From Alphaproteobacteria bacterium (lineage in GTDB: Bacteria; Pseudomonadota; Alphaproteobacteria; Rickettsiales; UBA8987): a DNA stretch of 27,004 nucleotides. The stretch is taken from contig DQGZ01000228.1 in NCBI GenBank assembly GCA_003531345.1, positions 1 through 27,004 of the forward strand. The letters run 5' to 3'. The notes under the pieces are model-generated. The model made no database searches. It saw only the letters and a program-made list of their open reading frames with translations, and was not told the origin of the DNA. Below, piece by piece: positions 9,129 through 18,415 of the stretch (the first letter of the stretch is position 1; each line of letters starts with the position of its first letter). Both the position numbers and the translations under genes were made by a program.

Positions 9129-9441
9129 TTACCTTAAATTCGGTCTTAGTTGATATCTTACTGTATTTATTTCTCTTTTCCCTTTTTTAAAAGTAATGTT
9201 TAGAATCTCCCCTTCTTTCACAAAACTAAGGTTACCTAAAGCCTGCCAACCAAATTGAGACATAGTCTTGTTATAAAAATCATTTATAAATTCTTTATCT
9301 CAAAATAGTCTAACTCCTCCGATGTTTCAAGTACGAAAATCCTATCTACAAATAATCACCCAGAAGAACTTTTTGAAGAGCAAAAAAATAATCTTAAAAT
9401 TTACTAAAGAGTTACAACACGACAACCACACAAAATAGCAT
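9129..9441 (-). pseudogene. Probable decayed gene of a small alphaproteobacterial exported hypothetical protein
   Basis: Open 3' frame DKEFINDFYNKTMSQFGWQALGNLSFVKEGEILNITF...VRYQLRP; upstream pieces lie in two other frames with internal stops, including a hydrophobic MLFCVVVVL start at 9441. Confidence 0.4.
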
Positions 9442-9467
9442 CTTTCCTCTTAGTAATCCACAATCAG

Positions 9468-9737
9468 CTATTTTCCAGCTACTTTTTTAACCAGCCTGTT
9501 AAGCCTGCTTTTAAGCCTTGCAGCATTACCTGCTTTTATAATTCCTTTACCAACTGACTTGTCGAGCAATTTTTGTGCAGCAACATAAGCAGTTTTACTT
9601 TCATTTAATTTACTTGCAGCAGCATTAGTACGAACCTCTTTAACCGCTGACCTTAGCTTGTTACGAGCCGTAGTATTACGAGCATTTTTCTTAAGGCTCT
9701 GTCTGTATGCTTTCTCTGCTGATTTATGATTTGCCAT
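9468..9737 (-). CDS. rpsT: 30S ribosomal protein S20
   Basis: MANHKSAEKAYRQSLKKNARN...KGIIKAGNAARLKSRL. Confidence 0.96.
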   Translation of the reverse strand: MANHKSAEKAYRQSLKKNARNTTARNKLRSAVKEVRTNAAASKLNESKTAYVAAQKLLDKSVGKGIIKAGNAARLKSRLNRLVKKVAGK

Positions 9738-9774
9738 GGCAAACTCTCTATATAAATTTGTTAAAATGTGGCAC

Positions 9775-9803
9775 TTTCTATGATTATTTTTCCTCCCTGT
9801 CAA
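9775..9803 (-). promoter_or_regulatory. sigma70 promoter of rpsT
   Basis: TTGACA (9798-9803), 17 nt, TAGAAA (9775-9780). Confidence 0.55.
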
Positions 9804-9828
9804 GCTACTTCTGCTTAAGAAACGGATT

Positions 9829-12800
9829 TTATACCTCTTCTACTTCTTTTTCATACTTGGTTCCCCCATCTTTACCATGGCAGTTTTTGTACTTCTTGCC
9901 GCTTCCACAATAACAAGGTAGGTCATCTGCACTAGAATGAGCATTCTTCTTAAAGAAGTTCTTTTTTTCCTTTTTTGTTTCTTCCTCAGCAGAAGTCATA
10001 TCGCCTGTATTAGCTTTAGTTTCTGATTCTGCTGCTTTTTCCTTTGCTTCAGCAATCAAAGGCTCTTTTTCTGGATTTTTCGGAGATTTTTCAGGTTCGC
10101 CAACTGATTTTTTAGCGGTTAATTTATCTTTTGCGGTATTAATAACGGTTTTACTGAGGTCTACATTGCCATCAAATGGACCATTGACCATTTGCCTTGC
10201 CATGTCCCTATTTGCTGAGTAACTTCCTTCCTGCAATCCTGAATTATCTGCTTCATTGGCTTTTAAACTTATCATTTCAGGAATAGCAGATGAGGGTTCA
10301 TTTTGCTGCGTCTCTAACACTGAATTATTGGGAACTGGGTTATTAATAGAAACAGGGGAAGTTATATCATCAGACACAGCACTAGTATTACTAGCATCAG
10401 AACCAGCAAGCACTTTCTCTTTTATTTCATTAGGCAATACCTCAACAGAACTATTCACTGTTAATTGGGCAGAGTTAGGAGCAGTGTTATTTACCACATT
10501 TTCTGCCTCGTTATTAGAAATTTGTTGTGGTGTGGCAGGGGGGTTATTTTCAATAGGACCATTTTGCAAAGAGTTATTTATAAAAGATGTTTCTACTGGT
10601 GCTGGCGCTGCCATTGAGGTAAACCCTGATGACATACCTACAGAAACCCCTCTATTAATACCAGACTGGTAGTTTCCACTTGAGCTACTAGAGCCACCAC
10701 TTCCAGTATTTTTGAACGCATTTAGTCTTTCCATATATCTTTCTGCTTCTGTTGGAGCATCATCCTGTTTAACAAGCCCTGACAAGCTTACCCCCTGAGT
10801 TGGTGCTGCCTGTTGTTGCGGTGCTGGTACTGCTACCGCCGCCACACTTGCCTCAACTGTAGCTGCAGCAGTGAAAACTTCTGCTGGAACTGTCTCAAGC
10901 ACTGTTTCCTGATTTTGTAGTACGTTACTTGCATCCTGAATTGCAGGCTGGTATTGAACTTCCTGATTGTTAGGAACTTCTTCTGTCAATTGAGTTGGTG
11001 CTGCCACTAACACAGACTCTGACACTCTATTATCTGCATCTGTCTCAATATCAATATTTTGAATATATTGCTGCTCAGATTGATTTAAAACAGCACCTTC
11101 TTCCTGATCCTGAGCCGCTTTATCTGCTCCTATATCTACTTCACTAACTGATATTGTCTGACCAATAACAGGAATATCAGCGCCCTGCTCTATCTTTCCA
11201 TCCTCAAGTTTAATAGGCGTTTCGTCGCCTGCTAAATCTTCAGGGGCAATATTACCAACATTAGGAATGTTAATCTGATTTGTCCTTGAAACAGTGTTTT
11301 CATAGGTATCTGCTGGCTGACTTTTTTCCACTGAAACTTTAATATTATTATCTGGGGCTTCAGGCTTGCTACTAGGTTTAAATACAAGGTTATTTAGTTG
11401 GCTTGGGGGTTTTTGTGGCAACACAACGGAAAGCATTTTTTCTGGCTCTTTCTGCAAAGGCTCTGCCTGTGCTGAAAGGTCCTTTAATACCTCCTCTAGG
11501 TTTCCAATTTCAGGTATAGCTGGCACTTCTATATTTAACCCAGCCCTAGAAACTGTTTCTGGGGGCTTACTATTTGCTTCAGCTAAGATTTCAGGGTTAT
11601 TATCCTGAGGGTTTTTCTCATCTTTTTTGCCCTTATTTTTTGGTACAACATTTAAAGGCTTAACTGGCTGAGTTAATGGTTTAGCTACATTCTGAACAGG
11701 TGGAGCGCCACCACCTCTATTTTGAAGGTCTTTTGAATTGTGGGTCAGGCTTGGGGCATCTGTTTCACCAGAAGTTTCCCCTGTAGTTTTTTTGCCTTTT
11801 ACTTTTTTTAAAGCTGCTGCTGCATATTTCCCCCTTAAAGCTTCTTCTGTTGTTTTTGGAGTTTCTTCACCTTCTTTTGGCTTTGGCTTTTCATGCTTGA
11901 AGAAGATGCTTTTTTTCTCTTTCTCTTCTTTCTTTCCTTTTGCAGCGACTTTCTGAGGCACTGGGGCTGCAACAGCTAGAGCTTGTGGCAACACTTCTGG
12001 AGCAACATTATCGACTACCTCTTTTGGAGTTTCAACAACTGCGGTAACTTCACCGCCTGATGGTAGGGTTGCATCTTCAGGTTTTTTCTCTTCTGGTTGC
12101 GGCAAGGCACCTGCCAACACTTCTTTTTCCTTATTCTCCTGCTGTTCGCGCTGTTTTATAAGTGCTTCAACCGCCTCAGGCCCGCCTTCATTGAATGCCT
12201 CCATTAATTCTTTGTCTTTCAGCATTTGCTGCATAAGTAAAGCTGGCCCTGCTGCGGCAACAGACATATATGGGCTGCCACCACCACTTTGGAAGGCATT
12301 ATCAATTGGAGAATCATCAATGGTTGTAGCGCGATTTTGTCTGCCTGAAACATTACCTTTTGCGGCGTATGAATTCATACTTGGAGAGTCACCCCCCCCT
12401 AATGCAGGAACTTTTATCCTGTCACTTGCCCTTGAAGGAGCGGGCTCCATAAAAGTTTCAGCTCTTCTTACTGGCTCTGCTGAAGCATAACCCTCTTGAG
12501 GAGAATAATACTCTGATACAGACTGAATCTTAGGTGCTACCGAACTGTGGCCGTTATCCCCCACCCCTGCTCTTTTCCGCTCTTCTTCTGCTCTTTTCCG
12601 CTCTTCTTCTGCTCTCTTCCGCTCTTCTTTTTCTTTCAGGTTTGCGTCTATCTGTTTCAGAATATCCTGTGCTTTTGCATCATATTGTTTCTGACCTGCC
12701 TGTAGGCTATCCCAGGTTGGATTTTCTTTATATTGTTCATCCATTATCTGTTTTACAGATTTTTTATATTTGCTCTGAAGCTCGGACTCTTTCTTCTTAA

Positions 12801-15800
12801 GCTCGGCATAAACCCGTGCTTTTACGCTAAGTGCTGCAGTTGCTTCGCCCTGATTGAATGGCGAACCAAAAGAGGTTGCCAGCATCTCATCAAAAGTTCT
12901 GCGCTTCTCAGTTTTTATGCTGTACTCACCATTCTTATCAATACTCACTTTTTCCAATGTTGGGCTGCCTGCCCTTCTTATTTTATCTGCGGTGGCGATA
13001 AATGTTCCAGATTTTCCGCTTGTCAACCCAACATCAAATAATGTTCCCATACCATAGAAGCTGGTATTCTGCTCACCTGATGAATAACCAGAAAGCCCAC
13101 CACCGCCGCTGCCCATCCTGCCATCAATCTGCTGTGACTGACCAAATAATTTTGGTGGAGCAATACCCCTTGGATCAAATGGAGAGAGTTTTTGTGCCAA
13201 AACTGGAATCTTGGAAACAAATGCCCCTGTAAGTGTATTTAATACTATCCACACCAGAACAGCACCCATCAGATATGCAAACATCTCCTCCTTGTTTTCG
13301 TAGATATGCAGGCAGAATTTTGTGCAGGTTTCTGCTGTTGGGTTAAAATTATCAGGCGCACCAGCCACCCCTACACCATAAGGCGGGTCAAAGGCTGGAC
13401 AATGTTTTACACAACGTGGAAATTCCTGCTGCACAGGAAAACCACCTGTACCCGTGTCGCCATTTGTTTTCCGGGTAGAATCACATACTGGCGCAAGCGG
13501 AACTGGCGGGTCTTCACAAAATAGCCAGTTAGGTTGCTTGTAAAGCTGCTTGGTATTAGTGGCGTCTGTTGCTGCGGGGTCACCCTCGCCTATGAAAGCA
13601 TCACCATCTGGTATACCAATTTCATCACGATAAAGGTCTACAAAAGCCTGATGTGTACCCACCGCCTCAACTGCTTTAATACCTTTAACTACTTTTCCTG
13701 AATATGGTGGTGCTGCTACGTTTATTCCAACCCTCATAAGATCGCTTATTTCTGCTATTTCTGAGTCCTGTAGTGCGGTTTGCAAGTCCTGGTTATTTGG
13801 GCGGTTTAAAGCTTGGAAATCAGGTTTTTTATTGAAATCATTATTTGCCTTCATCAGTGCATAGGCGGTTACAAGCCTTTCTTCTTTTTTCTGTATATAT
13901 TCTTCCCTCTGTTTTTTTGTTATGTAACCACATTCTTCTATCACTGGGTTACAAAGTTCAGCACTTGTACTCATAGTTTCCCTGCCAGCTATGTTTGCAC
14001 CAAATACGCTTTTATAATCTGGTGGCACTTCATATAAAGGCTCCAAAAACCCTGGAGCGCGCATCTGGCTTTTTTCAGCGCCTGAGTTTGAGGTAAACTC
14101 ATACTTCTGATCACCCACTTCATACCTTGCCAGCATGGTCAGCCTGTCTAAAGTTGTGGCGGAAGATAATACCATCAGGAAGCCAAGAACCAGAACAGGC
14201 TGTAAAGCATAACTTATCAAATTTGATAACCAGCCACGGAACATTCTTTCTGTTGTTTTAAATAAGGCAAAGGAAATAAAGATAGGCGATAACATCATCA
14301 TGAAGCTTAATGCCATCAATGCGGTTACATAAGTCCACAATATCTGCATAAAGGCTATGAACATTGTGGTCACACCAAGCATCAAGAAAACCCCAAGTAT
14401 AGCACCACCACCAACGCCCCAAAGCATCAGCGCCATCATCACCGAACCTATTGATTTCACCCTGTCTGCACCTACTATGCTATTAAACAGCGCATCTATC
14501 TTGCCCAGAACACTCTGGAAAGGTTGCCTGCATTCCTCAGGCGGAGTATTTTCATCACAAAGTTCTTTTAAGCTACCCCTGCCATTGCCCAGCGGTTCAT
14601 TCTTAAATTTGGTTGGGTAGGTAGTTTTGTCAACCTGCATCGGTGGGTAAACTGGAATTGCACCAAAAGCGTATGAAACATATTCTCCATAAGGGGAAAT
14701 GCTAACTGTAGATTGCCAACCATCAGGCTGACATTTAGGAATAGAATATAGTTTTTTCTTCTCTGGAATATACCTGTAGTCATTAGGGCAATAAGTATAA
14801 ATTATACTAAACCCACCAAATCCCCCCCCGCCTGTATTTATAGCAAAAAAACCCTGACCTTCCTTGAAAACAGGATAAAGCTTATATTTTACCCCATTTA
14901 CAGCCCTTGGCTCAAGTGTCCATTGCATTGCTGGTATTCTGTATGGTTTGTATTTTATAGGGTCTACTACATCATAATCTGGTGGACCCTGCTTGGTTTT
15001 AAATGGTCCTCTTTCTGTACCATCTGGCATTTTAACATAATAATCCTGATCTGGTTTTATTGACTTCCAGACCTCCCCATCTTCTGCGAGTATTTTATAT
15101 TTCCCAGAAGAATCTTTTTCAGTTATACTATAAGCCAATTGCCCACTATCTGTATAATATGGCTGTATGTGGGTTAACATATCAGAAAATCCATCAAGAA
15201 AATTCTGAAAACCCTTATGTACAAAGTAAAAGGCACGCTCTGCATTAACAGCAAAGAATAAAATAAAAAATACTTTCAGAAATCTCTGTGGTGCTTGTCT
15301 TAAAGGCTCGTCTGTCAGGTCAAACATTATGGCAAGCCCATAGAACATTATGTATATCACCACAAACGCATACAATATCTGAAACACCCATAGTAATATG
15401 GTGCAATACACCCTGAACATTGAATCCAGAATTATACTTTGCACTACGCAAACTATACCGCTTAATAAAAACTGGCTTTGGATTTTTTTACTATAACCCT
15501 CAAGGGCATCACTTCCTGGAAGTGGACAATATTTAGGGTCTTCTATCCCCATCAATATATTATCTGTCTTGAAAAGGTTTTTATTTATATAAAGATATTT
15601 CTTACCACTTACTTCTTCATAATAGCATATCTTTCTTCCGCTATCGTCTCTGCTCTCCTGAATACTTATCCTATCATCTGCTATATTTATACCCGCCCCG
15701 TCCTTACCAGTAATATCTATGGGTTTAAAATCCTGTGCCGCAGATGAAAAGCTAAACATCACCACAAGCAGGACTGTAAAAAAAACTATGTATATATGTT

Positions 15801-15807
15801 TTAACAT
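9829..15807 (-). CDS. virB6: Giant VirB6/TrbL-family type IV secretion membrane protein with long low-complexity tail and C-terminal SEC-C motif
   Basis: N-terminal signal/TM segments; VirB6 core ...TALMALSFMMMLSPIFISFALFKTTERMFRGWLSNLISYALQPVL...; late TM followed by FVSKIPVLAQKL; C-terminal CYCGSGKKYKNCHG; 7 nt downstream of virB4. Confidence 0.85.
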   Translation of the reverse strand: MLKHIYIVFFTVLLVVMFSFSSAAQDFKPIDITGKDGAGINIADDRISIQESRDDSGRKICYYEEVSGKKYLYINKNLFKTDNILMGIEDPKYCPLPGSDALEGYSKKIQSQFLLSGIVCVVQSIILDSMFRVYCTILLWVFQILYAFVVIYIMFYGLAIMFDLTDEPLRQAPQRFLKVFFILFFAVNAERAFYFVHKGFQNFLDGFSDMLTHIQPYYTDSGQLAYSITEKDSSGKYKILAEDGEVWKSIKPDQDYYVKMPDGTERGPFKTKQGPPDYDVVDPIKYKPYRIPAMQWTLEPRAVNGVKYKLYPVFKEGQGFFAINTGGGGFGGFSIIYTYCPNDYRYIPEKKKLYSIPKCQPDGWQSTVSISPYGEYVSYAFGAIPVYPPMQVDKTTYPTKFKNEPLGNGRGSLKELCDENTPPEECRQPFQSVLGKIDALFNSIVGADRVKSIGSVMMALMLWGVGGGAILGVFLMLGVTTMFIAFMQILWTYVTALMALSFMMMLSPIFISFALFKTTERMFRGWLSNLISYALQPVLVLGFLMVLSSATTLDRLTMLARYEVGDQKYEFTSNSGAEKSQMRAPGFLEPLYEVPPDYKSVFGANIAGRETMSTSAELCNPVIEECGYITKKQREEYIQKKEERLVTAYALMKANNDFNKKPDFQALNRPNNQDLQTALQDSEIAEISDLMRVGINVAAPPYSGKVVKGIKAVEAVGTHQAFVDLYRDEIGIPDGDAFIGEGDPAATDATNTKQLYKQPNWLFCEDPPVPLAPVCDSTRKTNGDTGTGGFPVQQEFPRCVKHCPAFDPPYGVGVAGAPDNFNPTAETCTKFCLHIYENKEEMFAYLMGAVLVWIVLNTLTGAFVSKIPVLAQKLSPFDPRGIAPPKLFGQSQQIDGRMGSGGGGLSGYSSGEQNTSFYGMGTLFDVGLTSGKSGTFIATADKIRRAGSPTLEKVSIDKNGEYSIKTEKRRTFDEMLATSFGSPFNQGEATAALSVKARVYAELKKKESELQSKYKKSVKQIMDEQYKENPTWDSLQAGQKQYDAKAQDILKQIDANLKEKEERKRAEEERKRAEEERKRAGVGDNGHSSVAPKIQSVSEYYSPQEGYASAEPVRRAETFMEPAPSRASDRIKVPALGGGDSPSMNSYAAKGNVSGRQNRATTIDDSPIDNAFQSGGGSPYMSVAAAGPALLMQQMLKDKELMEAFNEGGPEAVEALIKQREQQENKEKEVLAGALPQPEEKKPEDATLPSGGEVTAVVETPKEVVDNVAPEVLPQALAVAAPVPQKVAAKGKKEEKEKKSIFFKHEKPKPKEGEETPKTTEEALRGKYAAAALKKVKGKKTTGETSGETDAPSLTHNSKDLQNRGGGAPPVQNVAKPLTQPVKPLNVVPKNKGKKDEKNPQDNNPEILAEANSKPPETVSRAGLNIEVPAIPEIGNLEEVLKDLSAQAEPLQKEPEKMLSVVLPQKPPSQLNNLVFKPSSKPEAPDNNIKVSVEKSQPADTYENTVSRTNQINIPNVGNIAPEDLAGDETPIKLEDGKIEQGADIPVIGQTISVSEVDIGADKAAQDQEEGAVLNQSEQQYIQNIDIETDADNRVSESVLVAAPTQLTEEVPNNQEVQYQPAIQDASNVLQNQETVLETVPAEVFTAAATVEASVAAVAVPAPQQQAAPTQGVSLSGLVKQDDAPTEAERYMERLNAFKNTGSGGSSSSSGNYQSGINRGVSVGMSSGFTSMAAPAPVETSFINNSLQNGPIENNPPATPQQISNNEAENVVNNTAPNSAQLTVNSSVEVLPNEIKEKVLAGSDASNTSAVSDDITSPVSINNPVPNNSVLETQQNEPSSAIPEMISLKANEADNSGLQEGSYSANRDMARQMVNGPFDGNVDLSKTVINTAKDKLTAKKSVGEPEKSPKNPEKEPLIAEAKEKAAESETKANTGDMTSAEEETKKEKKNFFKKNAHSSADDLPCYCGSGKKYKNCHGKDGGTKYEKEVEEV
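12568..12630 (-). repeat. 3 x 21-nt in-frame tandem repeat encoding EERKRAE units
   Basis: TGCTCTTTTCCGCTCTTCTTC twice exactly plus a third copy with 2 mismatches (plus strand). Confidence 0.9.
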
Positions 15808-15814
15808 TTATCTT

Positions 15815-18232
15815 TCAAACGCCTATTTTTTCAAAAAATAATGGCAGCCAGTCTTTTGGGTCTTGGGTAGTTTCATTTTTAGCATCATTCATCGCCTGAA
15901 CATTAACTGCAGTTGAGGAGAGCACAGAAAGCTCCTTATTAAGCCCTAATAGATTTAACTTACATATCACTGAATCAGTATTGTGCTTGAACAGGAATTG
16001 TCTGCTATTTTTGTTGAGACTACTAATTTTTGAATATTCTGCATTATTCAAACCGAAAATTTTCATATACCCTTCATCTGCCTGCGGGTTGGGAAGAAAA
16101 ATCTGGGTCTTAATGTTTTGGATCAAAGTGTTGGTTATCGAGCTTTTTTTTGCCTGCTCAAAAGACTCCGTAGCAAATATACATATGGAGTTCTTTTCTG
16201 TCAGCCTTTGCAGCCAAGATTCTATTCTGGGTAGGAACGCAGAGTTATCTATTAATTTCCATGCCTCATCTAAAACTATTATTGCTGGAGTTTCGCCATC
16301 TAAAGACATTTCAACAAGGTGAAGCAGATAAGACATTAACGGCATGGTAACCGCCCTGCTATCAATTATCCTAGATAAATCCATTGCCATTATTTTTTCA
16401 CTCCGCAACTGGCAATTATCTATATCATTGTCAAAACATGCGGCATAGGTTCCTTCACCATACCACTCACTTAAATTTCTTGCCGTTTCGCTTTCTTTAT
16501 TTGTCCATACTTGAGGAATTATGACCGAAAGTTTTCTCAACTCCTTTGGAAGCAAGTAGTTAAGTTTTATTGCCTCTGATATTTTCTGCCTATCTTCTTC
16601 TGAAAGTATATTGGTTATATGAGCATTCTCTTCCAGCTCATCCAATTCTATGAGATACTCAATCCACTGCTCAATAAATGCCCTGTTTTCAACTGTATCA
16701 TCTAACTGTAATGGGTTAAGTTTCAACCTGCCATCAGCTATCTCATCAAATGTATGGTAGTATTTGCCACCTATTGCATTTATGAAAATCTCTGACCCCT
16801 TATCTACTTCAAAATAATAGGTTTTAGGTCGGTATTTTTGCGCTTCAGAAACAAGAAAATTCATTAAAACCGTTTTACCAGCACCATAAGGGCCAATGAT
16901 TGTAGTGTGACCGTTTTTTTCATAATGGAAATTAAAGAAATATGGCGTGTTCTTTTCTGTATGAAATACCGTAACAGCGCTGCCCCATAAATTATCAGTC
17001 ATTTTTCCAGCAGGAAAATTGTATAGCGAAGCATATCCGCCTATTTTGTTGGTTACCAGATAGGTTTGCCTTCTTATAAAGTCAAAATTGGCTGGCATCT
17101 GGCTCCAGTAGCAATCTTCCATGAACAGGTCTTCCCTTATAAAAACTACTCCCAACTCCCTTAGGGCATCAACTGCCATTGACACGGCATTTTGCATTGC
17201 CCTTACGGTATTTTCCAGAACGGTAATTATTATCTGGTGCTGCCCATAGTCTGCAACACCTTTATTCTCTGCGTTGATTAACTCATTAAAGCCTGAAGCC
17301 TCTGGCAAACTCTTGGCGCCAGAAAGCTTGTATATATTTGCCTGATCAGAAAAAGCAGTTTCAATTTCTTTTCTACTCACAAAATCAAAACTTTCAGAAA
17401 TTATGAACTGTATAGGCAATTGCAGGAACCTGTCTATCTCCTTGGTTGAAACCTCCTGATATTCTTTCACACTAAGAACTGCGCCATAGTTTGCACCTCT
17501 TTTGCCATGAACCTGAATTGTGTTATATTGAAATATAACTGAGCGGGATGGAAGATCTTTTGACAGGTCAACAGGCTTTAGGGGAATATTTTCCTGCTTA
17601 AGATTCATTATTTTACTACAAAAACTCATAATCTGAGAGTAATAAACCCCTCGCTTCTTTATTATTGAAAGCTTCTCTGCACCATAGCTGGCAAGATCTG
17701 CTACTATTTTATTAGTAACCTCATCAAGTTTCTTCGCTGCCTGATTAAGCGCTTTTTTACGACGCCTGAATTCTGAATTTATAAATAAAGTTTCAAAAAA
17801 TAATTTAGGATTAACAATAGAAAGGCTTTCGCCAGAAATTATAACTGAAATATATAACTCATTTACAAACTGAGACTTTAAGTCATTCCTAATCGCCCAT
17901 GCCTCGTGCATCTGCTTGCAGAAACCCTCCGCATACAAACCGCCCGTTGAAATATCACGCTTGTTTCGCAAGGTGTGCAGCCAGATAGCATACTCCTCGC
18001 CGTTAAGATTTTTCTTTATCGACTCCCTTATTATCTGCCTAAGCGGCGAAGAATTGCTGTCCCCATCTTCCCTTATAGTTTCAAAATTAAATCCCGTAAT
18101 CTTGATAACCTGCATCAATTCACCATTTTTGGTTAGAATTGTCTCTTCATCAAAATGGCAGGCGTAGGGCAAATATTCCGCAACATCAGAATGATATTTT
18201 TTTTCACTTTTCTTAAGGTTGGAGAATGCCAT
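15815..18232 (-). CDS. virB4: VirB4-family type IV secretion ATPase, Rickettsiales paralog-II-like
   Basis: LPYACHFDEETILTKNGELMQVIKITGF N-terminus, WSQMPANF, Walker A GPYGAGKT (16871-16894), Walker B IIVLDEAW, TQIFLPNP. Confidence 0.93.
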   Translation of the reverse strand: MAFSNLKKSEKKYHSDVAEYLPYACHFDEETILTKNGELMQVIKITGFNFETIREDGDSNSSPLRQIIRESIKKNLNGEEYAIWLHTLRNKRDISTGGLYAEGFCKQMHEAWAIRNDLKSQFVNELYISVIISGESLSIVNPKLFFETLFINSEFRRRKKALNQAAKKLDEVTNKIVADLASYGAEKLSIIKKRGVYYSQIMSFCSKIMNLKQENIPLKPVDLSKDLPSRSVIFQYNTIQVHGKRGANYGAVLSVKEYQEVSTKEIDRFLQLPIQFIISESFDFVSRKEIETAFSDQANIYKLSGAKSLPEASGFNELINAENKGVADYGQHQIIITVLENTVRAMQNAVSMAVDALRELGVVFIREDLFMEDCYWSQMPANFDFIRRQTYLVTNKIGGYASLYNFPAGKMTDNLWGSAVTVFHTEKNTPYFFNFHYEKNGHTTIIGPYGAGKTVLMNFLVSEAQKYRPKTYYFEVDKGSEIFINAIGGKYYHTFDEIADGRLKLNPLQLDDTVENRAFIEQWIEYLIELDELEENAHITNILSEEDRQKISEAIKLNYLLPKELRKLSVIIPQVWTNKESETARNLSEWYGEGTYAACFDNDIDNCQLRSEKIMAMDLSRIIDSRAVTMPLMSYLLHLVEMSLDGETPAIIVLDEAWKLIDNSAFLPRIESWLQRLTEKNSICIFATESFEQAKKSSITNTLIQNIKTQIFLPNPQADEGYMKIFGLNNAEYSKISSLNKNSRQFLFKHNTDSVICKLNLLGLNKELSVLSSTAVNVQAMNDAKNETTQDPKDWLPLFFEKIGV

Positions 18233-18415
18233 AATTACTGTTCAAGTAGAATTTGTTTGAATTTTAACACAAAATTAACAAATTTTCCATAAAATCCAAA
18301 ATTTTCTTTTTGAATACTGACCTATGGCGTTTTCTTAAAAATTAATTGTTGCAAACTTGTTGAAAAACTCTCAAAAAACCTATAACTACCCACCCTGTTA
18401 TAATTACACTTTAAA

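Noticed and set aside
9129-9263. 44-aa ORF (MSQFGW...) as antitoxin of the PIN-like gene
   Set aside because: No RHH, AbrB or HTH character, and it is better explained as the 3' end of a decayed gene; not fully excluded.
9738-9803. 22-codon N-terminal extension of rpsT from the TTG at 9803
   Set aside because: That TTG is part of the TTGACA -35 box; S20 homology begins at MANHKSA (9737).
14822-14829. C8 tract in virB6 as a phase-variation site
   Set aside because: In frame, encodes part of a Gly-rich linker, and is shorter than typical switching tracts.
10256-15747. Numerous 60-140-aa ORFs antisense to or overlapping virB6 (e.g. 10256-10672, 12191-12490, 12733-13041)
   Set aside because: Shadow ORFs of a long coding gene; no motifs, no RBS, and composition mirrors the sense-strand codons.
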